Shown here: positions 56,517 to 64,000 of the stretch, piece after piece | How the letters are laid out: the number at the start of each line of letters is the position of its first letter | Numbering within the stretch: the stretch's first letter is position 1 | The notes under the pieces: model-generated | Database searches by the model: none | The model's input: the letters and a program-made list of their open reading frames with translations, nothing else | What the model was told of the DNA's origin: nothing | Assembly (NCBI GenBank): GCA_020137815.1 | Contig: CM035352.1 | Span: 7,068,001 to 7,132,000, forward strand | Length of the DNA: 64,000 nt | Direction of reading: 5' to 3' | Origin: Hormiphora californensis | Lineage: Eukaryota; Animalia; Ctenophora | Position numbers and translations under genes: made by a program

Positions 56517-59500
56517 ACGAAGAAGAGGGAGAGGATGGGAAGCCATGTTAAACAGTGACTCAGCATTATTTATTGATCGCGATAGCGAGATATAGCCAGC
56601 AATGATAGAGATAGAGATAGCCAGCACAACCAGAGAGATAGTGCAAAGATTGGCGGGGTGGAATCTGGGAGACAGTGGGAGAGAGCACGGTAAGATAAAT
56701 GAATCGCATTAGGGTTGGGTATCATCTCTGCAGCATTACACACCCAAACACACTTCATGTAGGACCGGGTACATAATCATAGAATCTTACCCATAAAATG
56801 TTGGGCACAATGTCCCTCCTCTCTTTCTCTCACTTTCTTTCTCTCTCTTTTTCTTACTTCTCTCCCTCTCTCGCACTCTTTTTCTGTCTCTCTTCTTTCG
56901 CTCTTTTCTCTCCCGATTCTCAGTATTCTAAAATGCATGGTCATTGTCTCCCCAAACTCACACTAGAGGAAGCAACCATGCCAAGCATAAAAAATTAGCT
57001 TCTAGGTAGTGGCTAAAATCTCAAAATACATAGTAGAATAGAAGATTGAAAATAAGAGGGGTTCCGGGTTGAAGACTAAATTTGATTCTGACTCATCTTT
57101 AGTAAGAATAGTAGGATGCACAATTCGGTTTTGTCGTCATGTAAATTCTTGATTTAATAAAACCTTTTGACCTCTCTCCCCGCTCCCGGGCACGACATTT
57201 CTGACAAGCAGAATTTTGGTTGGCAAGAAACTCAAAAAGACGTGAAGCACAACAAAAATAGCTCTGTGGTCTCTATTTAATGTCATGTTTACTCAAGTAT
57301 CCCCTGGGGGAGGGGGAGGAGGGTTGTGTACATGAGTGTGTGGGTGACAAATTACCAAGTTATGTATGGTTCACTGCTTTTTGGAATGTACAGCTATCAC
57401 AGAGAGTCTCACAAGCTAGCTTTGTACAAAGATCTGCCTCCACAAACACTTTATGTGCGCCCCAGCCCCCGACATAAGATTGGGTTGCCGCCGCCAAAAA
57501 GCAGATTCTATATCGAGGTGATCAATCCATCTCCGAGCTCCGAATACCAAAACAGTCTGGTAAATCGGGACGGTAAATCGGGATCCGTCTGTATCTGTGA
57601 TCTGATGAAATTTGAGAAAACTCACACAGAAAACTCTGTACTTTTTAATTTTCTAGTAAAGCAACCCGCATTAGAAAGTTCATGGCAGCTGTAGTTCTAC
57701 AGCTACTTGTCACATAAAATCCTGTTTTATTGTACGTGAAATTCGGTGAAAATTTCTCCGTTTTACGTAGTTTAAGTGTGAAATATGGCATTGTACATTC
57801 ACATAAATTTTCCATTATAAAAGTGGTGGGGATAACAAGGCGAAGAGAGGACAAGTCATAAGGAGATGGGATAGTTCATTAACTTTTTGTTGGGGTTGCG
57901 TTGCCAATACCGCGTCAGTTTTCATTAAAACTTTCATCGTTACCCGTTCGTTACTTGCGTAGTGGTGTATGTATCTGGATCTATCAGGACCTATTAGTAA
58001 ACTACACTTTTTTATTTTTAACTTTTACCGGGTGGGGGATGCTATCATGCTGTTGTATACCACCTGCTGTTATTGGTACTATTATTGGTACTTGAAACGA
58101 GGGGGGTGGTGGAGCCGGGAGAGGGATGCAGAGGGTTCCCCCAAGTGGAGAAGGGTGGGGCTCCATGAATAGAAGGGCCCCCAGTCTTTAGTCTTTACTT
58201 GGAGAATGGGCGGAGAAGAGTCTTGGAAATCCTAATTTGTCGTCTGAGGAATTTGGAAGGGAGAGATTAGTATCACCGACAGGGATCTCGAGAAAATTCA
58301 AGATTTAGAGGTCGGAATAAGTAGGAGGCATTCTGAAAGAATTTAGGCGTGTCTGTGGAACATCCATTACGATTAATTAACGCAGGTTTCAATGCAGGGC
58401 CATATGGTTTCATTTGATTCAAATGATTCAATGATTCAAATGACTTGAAAAATTATCATTCTACGTGACTGTATCACTGAGCAAGAAGTTCGGCCTGTTT
58501 CATATGCATAGAGCGCAGTCTTTTATGAGACGAATCTAAGAGTTGGGGTTTTATGGATTGGAATGTTAGACAGTTGGTTTGTTGAATATCTTATAACTCA
58601 ACTTGCATGCAATATATCTCAATTTGTACTGCAAGTAACGGGCGTTACCTCTAACTGTTTACAGTAGCTACTAGCTATCTGTTTAACTTTCAGAAATCAT
58701 ACAAGGCTTCTTCTAGTTTTTTGAAAAATATAGAAAATTATTTTCGAGAAAGAAAGAACTCTATATCTTGTTGTCCACCTGTGTTATAGTGTGTATCGTC
58801 AACAGACTATAAATATCTGTTATACCTCTCTTCCCTTCTTTTCTACCTCAGTGCCGCTCAAGAGCCGGAGAGTTTATTACTTTAACTAGGAGAGAACTCT
58901 CTCAAAAGCCGTGATTTGAAGAGTTCTAAACTGTTTGTAGTCATCTTTTTAATTCTGGAGTTCTCCTGATCAGGATCTATATCATGGAGTGACTGTGTGA
59001 AGGAGATAGAATGAGAAAGAATTAGTGAAGGAGAGTTTGTTACTTTTACTAGGAGAGAACATGTGTGAGAGTTTGTTACTTTAACTAGTAGAGAATTAGT
59101 GGAAAAAGATGATGATAGGACGTGCGTTTCAACAGGGTGTCAGTTTGGTGGAAGCTTGGTTTGTTGGAATCTGCCACTGCCAGTTGCTAATTCGCAGCTA
59201 AGATATAGAAAGAAGGGGAGATGGAGATAGAGAGAGAATGAGAGAGAGAGGAGATAGAAGGAAAGAGAGAAGGATAGAGAGACACGTTCTCGGAGAACTT
59301 CTCCAGTTGTTGACACGTCGTCACTTTTTTAGCTTGCTGTTATACTCCGCCATTTCCCTCAAATTCAGCTAAACAAGGTGTAGGTACAAATGTTGTCAAT
59401 ATCTCTCTCCCTCTATTTTTCCAGTATGTTTACATATTCAAGATTCTGGATTCATTTCTTTGCTTGTGGCTCCTAAGACTGATGTGTTATATCTACGGAG

Positions 59501-59939
59501 TGTCTTCAATCTCTTGATTGAGCCTCTTTTCAAGGAATTACTCCTTGGCTATGTATAATAAGCTCACCGAATAGCATATGCTTTATTTTTGGGTTCTTTA
59601 CATGCATATAATGATTTTGCTCCACCGAAGGTATTCACTCTGATCATTTTAACGCGTGTGCTAAAAATATCATACAGGGTTTAGAAATAGTAACTCGAGT
59701 GTGGTCAAAACCGCTTATTTTTGGGTTCTTTACATGCATACTACGATTTTGCTCCACCTATTTTTCCATATTCAAGTTAGCTAAAAGCTCTCTTTTAATT
59801 CACCCGTACCTTGAGCTTGATTTCTCAAAATATTCTTAGTTTTCGAAAACAGAGCTGAAAAGTGAAAAGCCTGTCGTTTTTGCTATTCTCTTGTTTTTCA
59901 AAGTCCATGTTTAGCCCTATTTGCCCCACCATTACTTTT

Positions 59940-60425
59940 GCCCTTACCACCAGGATATAATGAATCTCACCCAATCCTCCTCTTGCCCCAAACCCGCCCT
60001 ACTGATACCCTTACCACCACCACTAGATTACTGATTACTGATTCACACACCAGATCAGTATAATCATAATGAATCTCACCCAGTCCACCTCTTGCCCCAA
60101 ACCCGCCCTATACTACTACTGATATAGATACCCTTACCACGACCATTATATTACTGATTACTGATTACCACCAGATTAGTATAATGAATCTCACCCGATC
60201 CTCCTCTTGCCCCAAACCCGCCCTACTGATACACTTACCACGACCATTAGATTATTACTGATTAGTGATTACTGATTACCACCAGATCAGTATAATGAAT
60301 CTCACCCGATCCTCCTCTTGCCCCAAAACCTACCCACCCCACCTTCACCATTACTGATGCCCCCGTGCCCCACCCCCTACTGATGTCCCTACTACCAGAA
60401 CAGATCAATGAATCTCACCCAATCC
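59940..60425 (+). repeat. ~112-bp tandem array containing copies of the GPCR start codon region
   Basis: ATGAATCTCACCC(A/G)(A/G)TCC at 59960, 60069, 60184, 60295 and 60408. Confidence 0.9.
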
Positions 60426-63400
60426 CCGTCTGGTGACACCACCTCCACACACTGGCACAATTCAGTGTTTGTCGGGCAGCTGGACATTGCTTTTGGAGTC
60501 ATCCATCTGGTAGCGGGGATCCACGCTATCCTGGGGAATGCTGCGGTATTCTGTTCATTCCTACGACAGGCTAGGGAGAGAGCTTCGGCTTGTCTTTTTG
60601 TGCAGGTGAAGGAGAGTTTGTTACTTTTACTAGGGGAGAACATGCGGGAGTGGGGCCAGGAGAGATTGTTACTTTTATTAGGGGAGACCATGTGAGAGCA
60701 GGGAGCGATTGTTACTTTTACTAATAGAGAAAAGGTGGCGAGGTGGTCCTACTCAAACTTCAAAGTAGCAGGGTTTATTCAGAAGCTGGGAAGAAAGATT
60801 TAGAATGAAATGTTGGGGTTCGGGGTGCCGGGAAATTCGGACCATACAAGTTCCATTTCCCGTTTCCTAATTAAATACCAATCCTTTCAGTTAGCAGCAG
60901 CTGGGATATTTGTGGGGATGGTATCACTTTACGGCGGGTTTGTCCTTCTCAGAGGAAGGTCTTTCTTTGGAAACATCTCTCCGGGATCGGCCCTATTTTA
61001 CTTTGAGTCGTTTATCGGTGAGTACTATAACACATGGAGAGTTTGTTACTTTAACTAAGAGAACAACGACTAGCAATGTGAGTCCTCTTTTCAGCCGAGT
61101 TATGTACCTGATTACCCATCTTTGATAGAGTTCTGGATAAATTAATCCTAATATTTAAACGGTATAGTTATGCGGTATGTCTGTAGGGTAAACCGGGCTA
61201 ATTTATCCGGGTAAATCTACATGCTTACCACCATAACTATATATCCCACGCTCTTCTCTCTCAATCCTTTTTAGTCAGTGCATGCTAATAGTAATACCCA
61301 TTACCCAGACCCCCTCTCTTCCTTTTCATCTACTTATAAATTATTAAATTAATAAACGCAGACTCGTGGATTCCAGTTAAATGGTTCGAATCTGTGATTT
61401 TTACCACCCTTTCATTTCTCTCAGGTCACTGCTGGTGGTACGGCTTCTTCAGTACCATAATGCTGGTGACAATGCTGAGTGGTATCCGAGCGTGGAGTAT
61501 TGCCTGTCCATTCAAGTACAAGTTACACAGTGGCACTGGACACACTCTCACCTTATTAGTATCGGGACTGTGCTGGTTGTTTGGGGTGGTATGGATCGCC
61601 GTGAAACACATCCTAGGATGCAGGTAATTAGAGGGGTGGGGCGGTAGGGTGGAGGGTGGTGGGGTGGGGTGGAGGGAGGGTGGTGTACTGGACACACTCT
61701 CACCTTATTAGTATCGGGACTGTGCTGGTTGTTTGGGGTGGTGTGGATCGCTGTGAAACACATCCTGGGATGCAGGTAAATAGATGGGGTGGGCGGGGTG
61801 GGGTGGGTGGTGGGATTGGGGTGGGGTGGGCGGTGGGGTGGGACACTGGACACACTCTCACCTTATTAGTATCGGGACTGTGCTGGTTGTTTGGGGTGGT
61901 GTGGATCGCTGTCAAACACATCCTTGGATGCAGGTAAATATAGGGTTGGGTGGGTGGGGTGGGTGGGGTGTGGTGGGGGTGGGGGTGGGCGGGGGTGGAG
62001 GTGGGACACTGGACACACTCTCACCTTATTAGTATCGGGACTGTGCTGGTTGTTTGGGGTGGTGTGGATCGCTGTGAAACACATCCTTGGATGCAGGTAA
62101 ATAGAGGGGTGGGTGGGGCGGGGTGGGGCGGGTGCTTTGGGTAGGGCGGGGTGTGGTGGAGGGGGTGGGGGTGGTGGTGGGACACTGGATACACCTTATT
62201 AGTATCGGGACTGTGTTGGTTGTTTGGGGTGGTGTGGATCGCTGTGAAACACATCCTGGGATGCAGGTATAGAATTCGTTATTGTTATTTGTTAAACTAG
62301 TAAACCCGTTCGCCCTACGGGCGAATTTCGGGGAAATGGTATTGGTAGCTGGAATAGGGAACACTGACATCATCAGTCTAACTAATGACATGCACAATCC
62401 CATCTTAAGTAACGGTACCTTAGAAGGAGCTCAGGCGGGATCGCTGCGAGTTTCTGGTTTCAGAACGTCAAATGATGATCCGGCGATCAAAGTTATAAAA
62501 GAACTTACTATTTCGTCTGCTTGCAGTATTCATCTGCCTTAATCTCTGAGATTGATCATCGGTTCTGTTTAACCTCTAACGTCTTGTTCGTTCTCTCTGC
62601 ACTTCTTTTGGTGATGCTGCATTTGAACCCCTCAGTGTATGGAAAAGTAGAGAATAGCGGTGAGATCTTGCGTGAATAACTCCAATTGTCGCTGTCGTAT
62701 ATCAAGAGTTGTTGAAGAGAGCATATAATTAGCTGGAACAGTGAAACAGACTAAAGCAAGATCAAATGCACGTGCACGTGCAGTATAACAGTAGCAACCA
62801 TGCCATTGGCAACGGCTCCGACTCCTGGCCCCACTCCAATAGTACTCCACAGTTCACCTCTAGGCTCTAAACCTGCACGTGCTAAATGCCATATAAGGTA
62901 AAAAACGTTACACTGGATTTCCCTATTTGCTTTAATAATAGTATGATTGTTATTTACGCGGTAGTGAACCCCAGTTTACCGTGTGAGAATTTAGAGGTTA
63001 TACAATATACGGGGGGAAGGGGTTTCGTCCACGGATAACACCTACGTCAGTGTCTATCTAATCAGGCATCACGCTGACCGTTTTTCGTGTCCATCGCTCA
63101 CACCGAGAGGTCCTAGGCTGACAGTATTTTAATGAAAGGGGGGAATTGGGAAATAACAAGGCTTCTTTTAATCTTCTGGGGTCAATAGTAACTATTACAT
63201 TAACTAATAAATTGAACTACGTATCACTAACTATGTAATTCTATAAATAGCTTTACCATCATGACACACAGTTGCCTAGTCCGACCCTGGAAAGGATTTG
63301 AACTTTGAACAAAACAACATTACTGCATGCAGAACTAATCCAGTAAAAAGTAATTAATTTATTAATTTCTAATACATTTCAGCTGGGGCCTTCAGATATT

Positions 63401-63988
63401 TTTTACCTATACCATGCCATCGTGTACTGACTCATCAGCCACTCTTGCCAAGAAGATTATTGTCTTCCCCTTTGACTTCCTTCCCGTGTTTTGTGGGGCA
63501 CTCGTTACTTCAATTTCAAATGGGTAAATATATTTACTCCAAGTCCCCAACCCCTTTCTTTCTTTTTCAGTCTCCCCCTTTCTCTCTATCTCAAGTCTCA
63601 ACCCCTCGGCCTCCCCACCCCACCCCCTTTTTCTATCTCAGGCACTCTTTAAGTTCCAACCCCTGTCTCTACAACGCCCTTTTCCTCCCCCCTTTCCTCT
63701 CTATCTCAACCCCTTCTCAGCCTCTCTACAACCCCCTTTTCCTCTCTCCAACCCCCTTTTCCTCTCTATCTCAACCCCTTCTCAGCCTCTCTACAAGTAC
63801 AAAGCCCTTTTCCTCTCCCCAACCCCCCCTTTTCCTCTCTATCTCTCTACAACGCCCTTTTCCTTTCTCAGGTACGTGATAATGGAGTTGGCTCGGAGCT
63901 ACAGAAACCCGCCAATAACACAACAGACTGCTGAATCATTTACAAGGACAACCCTTATAATAGTTTGCCTCACCTCCCTCTTCCTCGT
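60408..63988 (+). CDS. Class A (rhodopsin-like) GPCR, 3'-partial
   Basis: Phase-consistent exons 60408-60605, 60891-61017, 61425-61623, 63872-63988. N-glycosylation site NLT, TM1 ILGNAAV, TM2 LAAAGIFVG, TM3 end SGIRAWSIACPFKY, TM4 Trp, start of TM5. It continues beyond the window. Confidence 0.85.
61535..62268 (+). repeat. Five tandem copies of the GPCR exon-3 3' end plus donor, with G-rich spacers
   Basis: CACTGGACACACTCTCACCTTATTAGTATCGG...GGATGCAG|GTA at ~61535, 61687, 61843, 62007 and 62183. Confidence 0.95.
62297..62880 (-). mobile_element. Putative degenerate Helitron (3' terminus clear, 5' end unknown)
   Basis: Minus strand reads hairpin TTCGCCCGTAGGGCGAA, then 8 nt, then CTAG|T. An upstream stop-interrupted frame reads QRERTRR*RLNRTDDQSQRLRQMN. 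Confidence 0.5.
63545..63870 (+). repeat. Pyrimidine-rich degenerate array upstream of the GPCR exon-4 acceptor
   Basis: Recurrent CTCTACAAC(G/C)CC(C)TTTTCCTC and TCTCAACCCC units. Confidence 0.75.
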
Positions 63989-64000
63989 GTAAGTTTAGAA

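Noticed and set aside
58095-58335. GC-richer exon-like island
   Set aside because: No frame stays open between plausible splice sites on either strand.
60392-60691. Minus-strand 99-aa ORF with repeated donors
   Set aside because: It is the antisense shadow of GPCR exon 1, and the repeats are better explained as + strand start-codon copies.
61535-62268. Repeat-spacer array resembling CRISPR or mutually exclusive exons
   Set aside because: The repeats are ~90-bp exon ends, the spacers are low-complexity G runs, and the copies have no acceptors.

Overview
Gene-dense, intron-rich eukaryotic (animal) DNA with GT-AG introns, many MITEs and microsatellites. Two short repeats (52762-52939, 25520-25612) resemble repeats I recall from the ctenophore Pleurobrachia, so the taxon is an unverified inference. 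Genes assembled by hand, left to right: an SLC22-like MFS transporter (+); a 16-exon FANCJ/BRIP1 Fe-S helicase (-) whose 9-kb intron 13 holds three intronless Cys-rich type-I membrane protein paralogs; an F-type-lectin/discoidin-like secreted protein (+); GTF2F2/RAP30 (-); ES1/GATD3 (-) with a nested antisense 3-exon orphan gene; a frameshifted intronless unknown gene (-); a TBCCD1-like gene (+); a secreted Ig-follistatin/Kazal-Ig-VWD-C8 protein (-); and a partial class A GPCR (+). Most notable: (1) the nested receptor cluster is a mosaic of identical blocks and one hypervariable ectodomain patch; (2) tandem duplication of exon boundaries and start codons recurs in most multi-exon genes here; (3) two ~1-1.4 kb fold-back elements sit in FANCJ introns, one built hierarchically; (4) FANCJ has a UBZ4-like N-terminal finger. 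Several exons carry clustered single-base frameshifts that are probably consensus errors. All assignments come from manual translation and motif recognition; no searches were run.
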